From: Spirogloea muscicola
Taxonomy: Eukaryota
DNA length: 57,340 nucleotides
NCBI GenBank assembly: GCA_009602725.1
Contig: WELB01000022.1
Span: 96,467-153,806 of the forward strand
Direction: 5' to 3'
Shown here: piece by piece, positions 1 to 27,493 of the stretch
Position numbering within the stretch: the first letter of the stretch is position 1
How the letters are laid out: every line of letters begins with the position of its first letter
Notes under the pieces: generated by a model
The model's input: only the letters and a program-made list of their open reading frames with translations
What the model was told of the DNA's origin: nothing
Databases searched by the model: none
Position numbers and translations under genes: made by a program

Positions 1-5057
<5,057 letters not shown>

Positions 5058-5276
5058 GTGAAGTTAGCAAATTTCTATTCTTTGCCACAAACTTTCGTGC
5101 GCTGCTCTGGCTTTGAAAATATATCTAAATCAGGTGGGGTGGTTTTAAGTATATCCATGGGACATAGGAAGACCCCAATGAAGTTGCAGCGGTACATGGC
5201 AAAGCTGAAGATGGGATGCAGATGAGGGTATGTCGTAGACACTGTTTAAACGTGACATATATGCTTGAGAGAAAAT

Positions 5277-11721
<6,445 letters not shown>

Positions 11722-11884
11722 GGCGGGTGCGCGCCGGGCCTCGCCGAGCCGGCCGCCGCGGGGGCGGAGCTCGTGGAGCCGAGTGCTGGGGTTGGGGGTT
11801 CGGGCCAGTGGCACCGCCAGTGCGAGCTGCGTGATCTGAAGCGCCGATTTGTGATTTATGATAGTCCTTAGCACTCCGGCTCCT

Positions 11885-12325
11885 TGCGGACCTTGTCCAT
11901 TCCTCTGGGCTGGCCTCTCCCAGCCACCGGTTAATCTGGCCGCGCTTTTTCTTCANAGAAGAAAGTGCTCGCCCATTGAGAATAGGGGCTGGAACAACCA
12001 GCCCGAAAAAGAATGAACAGAGTACGAGAAGGGGGCCAGGGGAAGCGCTAAGTAACAGAAACAAAGCTGCTACGAGACACTCAGTAAGAAGAAAGGGCTC
12101 GCCCATTGAGGATAGGGGCTGGACAAGCCAGCCCAAAAAAGAATGAACAAAGAACGAGAAGGGGGCCAGAGGAAGCCAGAGGAAGCGCTAAGAAACCAAA
12201 GCACACAAAGAAAGAAAGCAGCTACAAATCACTCAGTAACCCCTGCTAAGCAGCCGCAAATCAGAGAGGCTAGGGTCTGGCTGGCATTTCAAACCCGATT
12301 CTTCCATATCAGCAGCCGCTTTTCT
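11885..12325. mobile_element. cluster of CRE-like non-LTR retrotransposon 3' ends; main piece on - strand 12265->11956 (SDLRLLSRGY* + duplicated 3' UTR)
   Basis: 11956-12086 and 12231-12265 are reverse complements of 26962-27122. ORF-terminal motif is shared with the RLE-encoding copy ending at 41221. Confidence 0.75.
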
Positions 12326-12345
12326 TTTTATTTCCCCTCTGCGCA

Positions 12346-12838
12346 TTGAGGTCGAGGGCGCGCGTCGGCTCCATGCCCCCGCGGCGCCGGAGTGCCCCCG
12401 CCGGCTGGCGCTGCTGGCGCTGGTGGCGCTGGCATGGGCGGCGAGACACCGCTGCCGCTGCCGCAGGCTGCGGCCGGCATGCTAGCTGCCGGCAGCCACC
12501 ATGGCAGCCACCGGCTGCGGCTGCCCCGCCGGCTGCGGCTGTCCGGGGGCTGCGCGGCCTTTGCGATCAGGCTGGCGCGATGACAGCGCTGCAGGCCAGA
12601 GCTGCTGTCATCGCGCCAGCCTGATCGCCAAGGCCGCGCAGCCCCCGGACAGCCGCAGCCGGCGTGGCAGCTGCGGCTGGTGGCTGCCATGGCAGCAGCT
12701 GACATGCCGGGCGCGAGCCTGCGGCAGCGGCAGCAGTGCCTCGCCTTCGATGCCAGCGCTACCAGCGCCAACAGCGCCAGCCGGCGGGGGCACTCCGGCG
12801 CGCGGGGGCATGGAGCCGATGCGCATCCTCGGTCTCAA
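12346..12838. repeat. long inverted repeat (arms ~12346-12587 and 12604-12838, 16-nt spacer)
   Basis: e.g. GCGATCAGGCTGGCGCGATGACAGC is followed after 16 nt by GCTGTCATCGCGCCAGCCTGATCGC; similarity holds to the arm ends. Confidence 0.92.
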
Positions 12839-13530
12839 CGTGGACGTCCGGGAGCAGCAAGTGCGGGACACTGGTGGAGGCGTAGGCAGCAGCCCCGGTG
12901 ATGACGGCAGGGGCTCGTGAAGACATGAGTAGATAGTTACGCTTATGCACGCTGAAGGAGCCGTCGACTTGGCCAAGAAGAGCGGCGTGGTCAAGCTAGG
13001 TGAGCAAAGGTTTGCAATATTGCGTCATCGTTGCGGACGTTCTTCCCTGACAACCGGTGTCATTGGGTCACTCACCGCCTCTTGTCTCCTTCAGGCCAAG
13101 CGCTGGCCTGCCAGCAGATTCGCACCACCATTGTCGGGAAGCATCCGAGCTTCCAACAAGGACACTGAAGCCTGCGGGGCAAGTACAAGCGCCTTGACAA
13201 ATTGCACAAGGACGAGAATAGGAAGAGGGGCACGAGCGGCGAGGCGGCATCAACTCTGCGCGGCACTGCGACCGAGGTCTTCGACATCATCGACTCGTAA
13301 TAGGTATCGAAGCTTAACACTACTATACAGTACGTCTTGACAGCAGCGGCTGGCCGACTGATCTTCCGGGCATGGCGCCCAGGGAGGAGGCCTCGACAAG
13401 TCAGCGGAAGAGGAAGGCCGACGCACAGGCGAATCGGCTGGAGACGCTTCTGACTCATGTTGTAGAACAACAGCAACAGCATCAGCACCAGCAATAACAG
13501 CAACAGGAAGCGGACTCGCGGGACTTTAAG
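12604..13530 (+). pseudogene. degenerate Myb/SANT-like (trihelix) accessory ORF of a PIF/Harbinger transposon
   Basis: With stops and frameshifts repaired reads RGS[W]RHE.IVTLMHAE...AKRW.QQIRTTIVGKHPSFNKDTEAC.GKYKRLDKLHKDENRKRGTSG. Probable GT-AG intron ~13000-13095. Convergent with a Harbinger transposase. Confidence 0.6.
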
Positions 13531-13548
13531 TCCCTGCTCAGCAGGCCG

Positions 13549-13941
13549 CACGTCCCTATCATGGCTCCAAGTGATTATGCCGAAAACTCTTACAACTGAA
13601 AGAGCCACCACTCGTGCAGTGGTCCTGCAGGTAGTCGCTACCACAAATCGGAAGATCTGGGACATCGACGTCGGCCGGTTTGGCAGCATGCACGACTTCA
13701 CGGTCTTCTCGCAGAGCAGGATCGGCCTGGCACGCGCGAGCGGGAGACTTGGAGACTACTCTTTGCTTTGGGATGCAGCCTATTCGCCGCGCGGACACAT
13801 GTTGAGTCCTTACAAAGGCTGCCCGGTTTTCAGCCCTCCAAAAGGACTGGAACTACAGGCAGTCAAGCTCCAGAATGGTGGCGAGCAGGCGTTGGGACAT
13901 CTCAAGGGGCGGTTTAGAACACTCCAGAAGCGGGTGGACCC
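13549..13941 (+). pseudogene. inverted partial duplicate of the Harbinger transposase DDE region
   Basis: VVLQVVA..RKIWDIDVGRFGSMHDFTVFS..LLWDAAY..EQALGHLKGRFRTL; reverse complement of ~13986-14385 with small indels. Confidence 0.85.
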
Positions 13942-13967
13942 CGAGACGATGTGTGCCCCTCCACATC

Positions 13968-14715
13968 GGGGCACAGTCTTGAGCGGGACGTCCACCCGCT
14001 TCTGCAGTATTCTGAACCGCCCCTTGAGATGTCCCAACGCCTGCTCGACCACCATCATGGAGCTTGACTGCCTGAAGTTCCAGTCCTTTTGGAGGGCTGA
14101 CAACCCCTCCCGGCAGCCTTTGTAAGGATTTAACATGTATTCGCGCGGCGGATAGGCTGCATCCCCAAGCAAAGAGTAGTTCCAGTCTCCCGCTCGCACA
14201 CGCCAGGCCGATCGTGCTCTTCGAGAAGACCGTGAAGTCGTGCATGCTGCCGCACCGGCCGACGTCGAAGTTCCAGATCTTGCGGTTTGCGTCAGCGACT
14301 ACCTGCAGGACCACGGAGTGGTGGCTCTTCCGGTTGTAGTAGTCTTCGGCAGAAACACTTGGAGCCACGATGGAATGTGCGAGCAGTCAACTGCGCCGAT
14401 GACGTACGGGATGCCTGCGAGCTCCTGGGAATTGGCGGCCATGCTGGCCATCTCCTTGTGCGTCGGCCACTTGACTTGCTCCGGCAGCAGGATGTCTTGA
14501 TGTCCATCAGCATCTCTCTGATGATGATGCTAGCCGTGTTCTCCGCTGTCCCGAGAAGATCGGATGTGGCCCTGATAGGGCTTCCGGTTGCCAGGCGGTG
14601 CAGCGTTGCCGCAATCCTCGCTGCCACCGGCACAGCTGCTCTGAACAACTTCGTGTCCCGCTTCTCGATCCTGCCGCCGAGAGCCTGGACCAGCTCGTCG
14701 AAGACTCTGCGACGT
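13968..14715 (-). mobile_element. PIF/Harbinger (DDE_Tnp_4, HARBI1-like) transposase pseudogene
   Basis: VFDELVQALGGRIEKRDT..VPVAARIAATLHRLATG, VIGAVDCSHIP, DYYNRKSHHSVVLQVVAD, GSMHD, LLGDAAYP, VVEQALGHLKGRFRIL. Several frameshifts; C-terminus truncated; no TIRs recognised. Confidence 0.9.
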
Positions 14716-14754
14716 CTTTCCGCCCGCTAGCTATTCTGATCTGCGCTTACTGAC

Positions 14755-15620
14755 TAGAGAGAAGGCGCGCGGTGCGCATGAAAATGAAAGGGAGGCCAAT
14801 TCTAGCCTTACATATGTCCTGTTAACTGGGTAATGAGCTGGCTAGGGGGGACACTAATATCCCCGAGTGAGCACATGCATATCTGACAAGCTATACTGAG
14901 GAGCCAGACCACAACCACGGAAGAAAATCTCGTGTATTTGAAACAAACATAGGCCAATGGCCAAGTACAAAGGCAAGCAAGCACATCTAAATATCTACAT
15001 AACCTACAGCAGGTTGACCCGCTCAAAATCCACGGGTCAAAACATAAAGGTCGCTAACCGATGCATGAATACTAGATGTCAGGTACGAAGCCCTTCTGTC
15101 ACCAACTAGAGCTCGCCCAGCTTTCTGATGCAAGGCATTAGCCTGAGCTCGCTGAAGCCACTAGCCTGGGCTAATGCACGACCAGCACGCTGGTGAATCG
15201 CGAGTGCCTGGGACACTGATATCCCCGAGTGAGCACATGCATATCTGACAAGCCTGGGAGCGCTGCAGACGCAATGATAGCCGCATTCTATAGCATGCAA
15301 CTAGAGCTTACTGAGAGCCCCCTTGCTGCCGCCTTTGCGACTACTATCTTGCTCTTTCCGCCATCCGGCCCCTTCAGACCTTGTCCATTCCTGTGAAGAA
15401 AGCGCGGCCAGATTGACTGGTGGCTGGAAAAGTCCAGCCCATTCCTTTGGGCTGACCGCTCACAGCCACCAGTCAATTGGGACTCGCTGTTTCTTTCTGC
15501 GCGAACACTCTCAGGAGCTTCGGAAGTTTCTGCTCAGTGAACACCTGCTCCGTCATGAACACCTGTATGCATCTGGCTGGCATTTCACAGCCGATTCTTT
15601 AATATCAGCAGCCGCATTCA
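14755..15620. mobile_element. nested CRE-like 3'-end fragments (14755-14905 -, 15135-15260 -, 15370-15620 UTR pieces)
   Basis: LSDMHVLTRGY* at ~14855-14890 and again ~15216-15250; ALAIHQRAGRALAQASG at ~15155-15207; 15549-15618 matches the 3' UTR at 52932-53001. Confidence 0.75.
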
Positions 15621-16329
15621 CTCTCAGTGAAGCCGACCTGCAGCTGGTGGAGCCAGCCGGTCGGCTGCGTGCAGCTCCACAGGAGGCGCGGTGCTCGCTC
15701 CTCCTCCCCGTGCAGCATCATCATGGCCACGGCAGCCATGGTCTCGAGCTGCAGCAGATCCGCCTCCGCTCGGGCGCCATGGCTGCAGGCCTGGTCGGCA
15801 GGCGGAGGGGAGGAGCTTGCGCCTGCGGGGGCGCTCGGCCAGGCTGCAGGCGGCGCCGCTGCTGCTGGGGCCTGGAGCTGCTGCCCAGGCGCGGCGCCGC
15901 AGCCGCCGCTGCCGTCGCGCCGCCCNNNNNNNNNNNNNNNNNNNNNNNNNNNCGCCAGCGCCGCCCCGCGCCTCGGCGCTCGCTGCGCCGCCGGCGGAGC
16001 CGGAGCCCCGAGCACCCCCTGGCCAAGCACGCGCCGCTGCCTTCGCCAACCCCGCCTTCTCCGCCGCCGCCGCCTCCCATGACGGCCCCACTGCCAGCAC
16101 CGCCATCGCCCGCCGCCCCCCCACCCGCCATCGTTGCTGCTGCCGCCTCCGCCTCCACCACCATCATTGCCTCCCTCATCGCCGCCCGTGCCACCCCTGC
16201 CCTCGACACTCCTGCCGCCGCCGCCGCCGCCGCCGCCGCCACCTTCTCAGCCACCATGGCCACAGCGCCCACGCTCGCCGCGACCGCCACCCGTCCCGCC
16301 CTCGTCGCCGCCTCCACTGTCTGAGCCTC

Positions 16330-18520
16330 TGCTGTGTGCCCATTGTCAGCGACCCTTCAAAGGCCTGCGCGGTCTGACCCAGCACGCGTGCAGCGCGTCA
16401 ATTGCGCTGCGCACACGCGGAAGGTCTCGGCAGCGGGTGGCAGCTGTGGTGGCCCAGGACGGCGTGTTCCACCAGGGTGCACGCCCGAGCAGTAGCCGTG
16501 GGAAGAGGATGAAGACTTTCCATGTGGCCTCATCCCGGTGGTCCATGACAATGTGCGGCGGAGGGCTCGACGCAGGCGCGCCCAGCGTGGGACGTGACGC
16601 ATGAGCAAGAGAGCCTCCTGTCGGTGGACCGCGGCCAGGTCTAGGTCCGCAGCCCACTGGCGGTGGGCTGCGGACCACTGGCGGTCCACCGGCAGGAGGG
16701 TCGCCCCGCTCCTGCGCCATGTTCCCTGATGGGCGCGCCCGCACCTGCTTCGGGCCCTTCGCCCTGCGATGCAGCGCGTTGTGGCGGACCACCGCGATGA
16801 GGCAGCATGGGAAGTCTTCATCCTCTGCCTTCGGTTGCTGCTCGGGCGTGCACCCCCCCAGGGCCACGGTCAGGGCCGCCAGCTCCCCTTGGACCGCATC
16901 TTCCTTTTCCAGAGCGGGAGGTGGGAGAAGCTTCTGGCGCTGCATGATGCCTCAGTGGCTGCGGCGGCAGCTGGTCGCCGTACTTCGCAGGCAGCCCCTA
17001 CCGCCAGACAGGGCGGCCAGTGTCCGCCGCGCTCTTCGTTGGCCATGCAGGGGAGCTGTCGAGGGCCGCGCAGGCGCTGGACGATCCGGTGCTGGCGCTG
17101 GCGAATGGGAAGACACGGCATGCCCTCACGACCCTCCACCCCCCGGCGCGCTCTCCCCTGCCCTCGTTGTTGGCTACCTACGCGCCGCAGGAGGAGGTGG
17201 TCCTGGATGCCGCAGCTCTCTGCAAGGCCCTGCAGAGCAACCGGCGCGCAGCTGCGGGCGGCCGCTCGCGCATGCTCACGGAGCACCTGTGGGAGCTCTT
17301 CTCTGTGCTCTGTGCCAGCACCCTGCTCGCCCTCAGCAAGGCCAATGGAGGGGTTCGACCACTTGCCACTGGGGAGGTGCTGTACTGTCTAGTGGGACGT
17401 GTCCAGTGGCAGCAGCACACAGGACAGGCCCAGACCCATCTGACGCTGCACCAGCACGGCGCCGGCCTGCGGAGCGGCAGCATAGCCGTTGTCCATGGGG
17501 TGCGGGCCACCCTTGACCTGCACCCTGTGGGTGGTGCTTGCGGTGGACGTCCGCGATGCTTTCAACTGCGTCGACCGAGCCGTTGTTGCCGAGGAGCTGC
17601 GGGAGGCCTTCCCAACCCTGCTGCCCTTCTTTCGGCTTGGCTACGGTCAGCCCACTGATCTTCTCTGGAGGACTGGAAATGGCGGGATGGAGGTCCTCAG
17701 GTCCACCACGGGCACTCGGCAGGGGGGCCTGCAGGCCTGGTTCTTCTACGTGCTAGCCCACAACCGCGCTCTGAAGGCCACGGCAGCTGCAAACCTGGGC
17801 GTCCTCGTGCCCACCTACGTCGACGACACCACGCTGGTGGGTCAGCCAGAGGATAATGCTGCCGCCTTCGCCACCCTTCAACGGCAGTGGGCGACATTGG
17901 CCTGGACATCTGCGCTGAGAAATGCATTGCCTGGTCGCGGCAACGCCTGCCAACCCAACTGCAACTGCCTGCCGGCTGCCAGACACTAAGAGGCGGCCTC
18001 ACTCTCATTGCGTTTCCGTTCGGCACTCCAGCATTTGTGATGGAGCGACTGCGGGCACGGCTGCTGGAGCATCTCCGCTGGCCAGCGGACCGCCTGCCGG
18101 AGCTGCAGGAGATGCAGCAGGCGCTGGCAATGCTAACCAGGTGTATCTGCGGCTACTCACCAGGAGAGAAGACGCTTCTAGTAGAGGGCAGTGGCTGCTC
18201 ACCAGGGGATATTGAGCACCCAGTGGCCACTTGGGTCGCTGTGTGCTTCCCAGGAGAAACACGCTTTAGAGCTTCTCTGGCCACTTCGGACTTTGTTCAT
18301 TCTCTTTCTGGGCTGGCCAATAGCAGCCATCGCCATCTATTGGAAAAGTCTTCCCTTTCTACCTTGTCCTTTTGGACCTTGTCATTCTTTTCGGGCTGGC
18401 TTTTTCACAGCCCTCGCCCCCTTTGGAAGAGCTCACTTCTTCTTTCTACCTCGTTCTTTGTCTACTGCAGTGGCCTCTTACAGCCAATGCCCCCATAGGG
18501 ACGCTCTCGCCTAGACTTGG
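16330..18520 (+). mobile_element. CRE-clade non-LTR retrotransposon, degenerate: zinc finger, reverse transcriptase, internal deletion, 3' end
   Basis: CAHCQRPFKGLRGLTQH zinc finger. RT motifs GGVRPLATGEVL, QHGAG...VVHGVRA, VDVRDAFNCVDR, STTGTRQGG, TYVDDTTLVG across frameshifts. Jumps from AMLTRCI to LLTRGY* (TGA 18213-18215), then the hairpin-module 3' UTR. Confidence 0.88.
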
Positions 18521-19223
18521 GAACCTGGGCTGCAGGTGCCGTTCTCACGCACCTCAGCCTGGAAACTTTCCATAGTGAGACGGTTTGCTCCATGCAAGCT
18601 GCAGCGCAGGCCTCAAGGGCACACAACAGAGCAGTCTTCCACAGGCAGCTGGTGTTGCCCTTGCCTTCCTCCTGCCCGGCTACTTAACAACAGTTGACTG
18701 CCTGTAGAGGCAGTGCTGCTTAGCTGTAATCTACGTGTGATTAAGCTGCACTCGCCCTAGAAACTCTGCCCCACCATTGCACATCCACTTGTCCAACAAA
18801 AGGCGACTGCAGAACGACTCAGGTGCTGTCAAATGCAGCACAATAGCAATTTGTCCTGCAGTCACATCACTCCACCGGCATCCTGGCTCAAGTGTCAAAT
18901 CAACAAGGGGGGAGGAAGACGCTTTCAGTAGAGGGCGATGGCTGTGAGTGGCCAGCCCAGAATAAAAGACTGGGACACATCTCGAAGGGGCCAGAAAAAC
19001 GCTAAAGCACATACCAACAAGAGCATAGCAAGTACGGCCTGATCAAGGCTCCTGTAGCGGAAGCCTTTCTACTCCTGTAGTACAGAACACCGCCATGTGA
19101 CTCTTGGGTACCCAATTCTACTAAGTTCCATCCAGATTGAGCAGTTAATATATACTTTGTGAAGAAGCAATGGACACATGATAGTCAACCTGCACACTAG
19201 CGTACAGCCTTCATAGGCGTTGT

Positions 19224-23338
<4,115 letters not shown>

Positions 23339-24003
23339 CGTGTGGCCAATGGCAGAATAAGGAGTCCCGCTGACGTCGTCTCTGTCTCGTGTCGTCCCTG
23401 GCCTCACTTCTCAGTATCAGCCGACAGTATCTGGCGAGCGTCTAAGCTCAGTCCGTCCCAATGTGCATGTCAGCAAGGTCGATCCTGGCGTCTAAGTGCT
23501 CCTGGAATTCTTCCATGGACGTCATGCCAGCTGTAGTCGTCAACAGCCCCCCACGGCGGACCGCCTTGACGGTGCCGGTCATGCATGCCACGCAGACGAA
23601 GCTGCAGCGCCTACAACGCCTGCATGCAGCGACCGACAGGGCCGCGCAGGCTGAGCTCGAGCGGCGGCCGCCGGCTGTGGGCCGCCGCTTGCCGCGGCGC
23701 CGCCTCCGCCGCAGCCGCCGCGGAAGGAGCACGGGAGACGGCGGCTCCCGCGGCGGCGCTGGATTCGAACCGCGGCCGCATGGTGGCTCCCGCCACAAAG
23801 GGGTCCTCTACGGGGACAGGCCGGCCATGGAGCGCCCACGACGGTCATGCTGCCCCTTTGGCCAACAGCCGCGACGGCCTGGCCGCGCGAATGCTCCTCC
23901 AGACGGTGACCTCCCGGCGAAGCCCCCGCAGAGGACAGAGCCTCCCCGCCACGTGGCGGGCTGGCCCATTCCTCCTTGGAACTTCGGCACCTCTGGCCCG
24001 CAT

Positions 24004-24036
<33 letters not shown>

Positions 24037-24037
<1 letters not shown>

Positions 24038-26189
24038 TGGCGCGCTGCGGCGGCGCGCCNNNNNNNNNNNNNNNNNNNNNNNNNNNNNNNNNNNNNNNNN
24101 NNNNNNNNNNNNNNNNNNNNNNNNNNNNNNNNNNNNNNNNNNNNNNNNNNNNNNNNNNNNNNNNNNNNNNNNNNNNNNNNNNNNGGCGGCCGGAGGCGGC
24201 CGGAGGCGCGCCGCGGCGCGGGCAGCAGTGCGGCGAGGCGGCCATCTCCGAGTCCGACCCGCGGATCGCCGGCCGGCGATGGGTGGTGGCGCTCGCCGCC
24301 GCCACCGTGGCCTTGTTCGGCTTCGGCAGCGGCAGGCTCAACCCGGTCAAGGCCTCCACGTCCAGAGGTGAGCCCAGGGAAATCATGGCTGCACTCTCTA
24401 CTCTCTCGCCTCCAGCTGATGGAGCTCTCCGGGCTCAGAGCCGTAGAGCTGCGTGATGGCTTGCCACTTGCTGCACCCTTCGTCCTCGCCAGTTTTCATC
24501 AGTGTTGACTGGGGCGACGAGTGGTGGTCGTCAAGCCCTAGGAGCCCGTCAGCTTAGTAAATGTCCGAGGCCCATGGATACGCCGGTCTTCCATCTCCGC
24601 CAAAAATTAGCGTGCAGTGCTTCTGACTCGGTTTTGCGTGGTGACTGCTCCCAGTCGTCAAGCTGAAGGACGTGGACAATCAGGAGCTCCAGGACGCTCT
24701 CCGAGCTGCCGTTGCAGGCGATCTGCAGAACTCGGAGAGCCTCTTCGACAAGCTCGTGCTCGACAACCCAGACAGTGCCAGCATCTGGTCGAACAGGGGC
24801 AGTGTGAGGGTACAGCTGGGCAAGTATGAGGCCGCAACCGAGGACTTCACACGTGCCATTCAGCTGGCCCCCGATGCACCTGTTCCGTACTTGAATCGAG
24901 CTATAGCATATGAGGTATGTTTGGGCATTACAGATACATAAATGTAGGTGGACCAGGCTTGACCCTGCAGCAAGCGCATGCACTGAATCTGTTGCCACGT
25001 GAACAAAGCAAACTTGACCAACCATACTTGTTCTCCTGCCTCCAGGCCCTGGGGCAGTTCGACGAGGCCATTGCAGACTGCAAGAGTGCGATAATCAATG
25101 ACCCTGATGTGAGGCACTCTGAGCTCCCTTTGCTCACAATTGACCCCAACCTAAGCAAAGCAAGACGGCGGCTACCAAAGATGCTCTTTGTCCACTTCCA
25201 TGTGAGGCAATGAAAGGATCTTCTGATGATGCCTCTCTTTGTCCTTGCTATCAGGAGTTTGCAGCTTGGTTCAATCTGGGCAATGCTCAGTCTAAGGTCA
25301 AGGATTACCCCAACGCTCTAAAGGCTTATGAACGGGCTTCTCTTCTAGCACCTGGCATAGCAGGCTACCGACTCCGGCAAGCTCTTGCTCTTTTTCAGGT
25401 CATACCACTGTACTGACATCTTTCGCATGATAGAAACGTCATCAGAGCTGATGACGTTTCTAGTTGGTTGGGGCAGTTGGTTGGGGTCCTTGAGAGAAGG
25501 GGCTAGGAAAGGTGTCTTCTCAGAGGGCCTGAGCCTGACCCTACTCTTTCTGTGTCCTCTTGACTCCATGCTGTCAAGCTTGTGAGTGAAGAGAGCTGAT
25601 ATGCTGACTCCCTGAGACATTGCTGGGCTGTGCAGCTGGAGAGGCCCAGCGAAGCTGCCCAGCTCATGAAAGGATTAGTGAGGAAATATCCCAATTATGC
25701 TGAGGCGCACGCAGCACTTGCAGCAGTCCTTTGGAGCAGTGACAAGCAGCCTGGGGCTGAGGATGAGTACCGGCAGGCTACAGAACAAGAGCCCAATTTT
25801 GAAAGCATTCAGTAAGTCCTCCAAGCCTTGTTGATGTCTGGTGCATTCAGTCATGCGCAGATAGAGAGGCAGACTCCCTCCTGATCTTGTGTGCTTGGGA
25901 TACATGTCATACGTTGTCATACGTTGCTGCTGATCGTAGGGAGATAATAGCCACACTAGCTCTTGTCAGCCTTCCTCCTGCGTCCTCTTATGGTCTGGGC
26001 CCTCAATGTACCCATCTTGCGCTGCCATGTAAGCCGTCACCGGTTCTTGTCAGCCTTGCTCCTGCGTCCTCTGATGGTCTGGATCCTCAATGTACCCATC
26101 CTGTGCTGCCATGTAGGTGGGTGAAGTCACGGCTGCAATGGCCTCCCAAGGCTGTGTCAGCCATGGAGGCATTTCTAGCAATTAAGTGA
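24037..26189 (+). CDS. tetratricopeptide repeat protein of cyanobacterial/plastid type (At3g05625-like), probably chloroplast targeted; N gap in exon 1
   Basis: TPRs WSNRGSVRVQLGKYEAATEDFTRAIQLAP, YLNRAIAYEALGQFDEAIADC, AWFNLGNAQ. C-terminus LVRKYPNYAEAHAALAAVLW...W..LQWPP..AMEAFL*. GT-AG introns. RR + hydrophobic + VKA leader. Confidence 0.85.
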
Positions 26190-26734
26190 GCAGCACCGTT
26201 ACTGGGCAGTCTACTGCTTCCTGTAGCTCTTATGTACACACGAGAGTTTGTACATTAGCAGGTGTGATGAATTCATGTCGTGCTCATTTGGGTGGTGGAG
26301 TGAGGACGACGTTGGGTTCCAGGAGAGCTTGCCTGTTCATTATCGTCTCCAAACTTGGTACTGGCAACAACATAAGCACAAGGTCAGCAGCCACAGCTGA
26401 AGTTGAAGGCTACTTGTACACTGGGATTGTAGGAACAGTGAAGAGCATCAATATCGTGCAGAGGCCCAGCTGACATTGTGGGGCTGCTTACCCATCTAAA
26501 TGTGTACCACTATAAGCGGATCTGCGTCTGAACCCAGAAAGAGATGAACAAGTCTTCCAATGCCTTCGAGGAGAGGGCTGTCTGCTAGTTTTCGGAGAAA
26601 GGTCAGGTGAGGACACTGAGTGGAGTAGACAAAAGCGGAGCTGCTAACTCGAACGACAGGAGAAAGGGGTAGGATGAATCACTCAATAGCAACGAGTGAG
26701 GAGCCTCAAATCTGACAGACTAGCTAGCGGAAAG

Positions 26735-27290
26735 AGAGAGAAGGCGCGCGGTGCGCATGAAATTAAAGCGAGGCCAATTCAAGCCATTACATTGTTCAGG
26801 CGGAAAACAATCCCCCTGACGAAAGCCAGAGGCAGCAGCGAGAGCACGGCCAGCACGCAGGCACAAAGCGTGGGCCATGGACTGCTGCAGGGATATGGAG
26901 AGTCGCATGCGGTATTCCTGAGCCAACGAGCCAGCGGCGGAGCAACATCAGGAGCAGCCCTTTCTGATCTGCGGCTGCTTAGCAGGGGTTACTGAGTGTC
27001 TCGTAGCAGCTTTGTTTCTGTTACTTAGCGCTTCCCCTGGCCCCCTTCTCGTACTCTGTTCATTCTTCTCCGGGCTGGTTGTTCCAGCCCCTATTCTCAA
27101 TGAGCGAGCACTTTCTTCTTTCTTACGGGGCGAGGGCTGTGAAGAGAAGGCGCGTGGTGTGCATGAGATTGAAAGGGAGGCCAATTCTAGCCTTACAGAC
27201 GTCCTGGTGACGGGGCTAAGGGGGGCACTAATATCCTCGAGTGAGCACACACATATCTGACAAGCTAAGCTGAGGAGCCAGCGGAAAGCC
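26735..27290. mobile_element. cluster of CRE-like 3' ends: 26735-26800 (-, UTR), 26800-26950 (-, inverted ORF piece), 26955-27125 (+, SDLRLLSRGY* + UTR), 27127-27290 (-, SDMCVLTRGY* + UTR)
   Basis: Translations match the C-terminus of the RLE ORF at 41221-41560. Confidence 0.8.
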
Positions 27291-27432
27291 AGCCCAGGAA
27301 GGATAATGGTTTAATGGGCCGGAGGGCGATGAGATCAGGGCTTGGGTTTAGTTCGTTAGCCGGGCACTAGGGGTAAGTAAAGTGATTCGAATGTGCGACG
27401 TCCGAGCTGAAGCTGCGAACTCGACCGGGGCG

Positions 27433-27461
27433 ATGGCCGCGCCCGCCGCCTTCCCTTCGCC

Positions 27462-27493
<32 letters not shown>

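Noticed and set aside
11956..12240. Palindromic repeated units suggestive of a CRISPR array (also 48700-49096, 51900-52340)
   Set aside because: Units are irregular, lack unique constant-length spacers, no cas genes are present, and they are explained as retrotransposon 3' UTR modules in a eukaryote.
15630..15925. Possible displaced N-terminus of the Harbinger transposase (- strand, EEERAPRLLWSCTQPTGW)
   Set aside because: Position and orientation fit, but the sequence is low-complexity and next to a gap; too weak to annotate.
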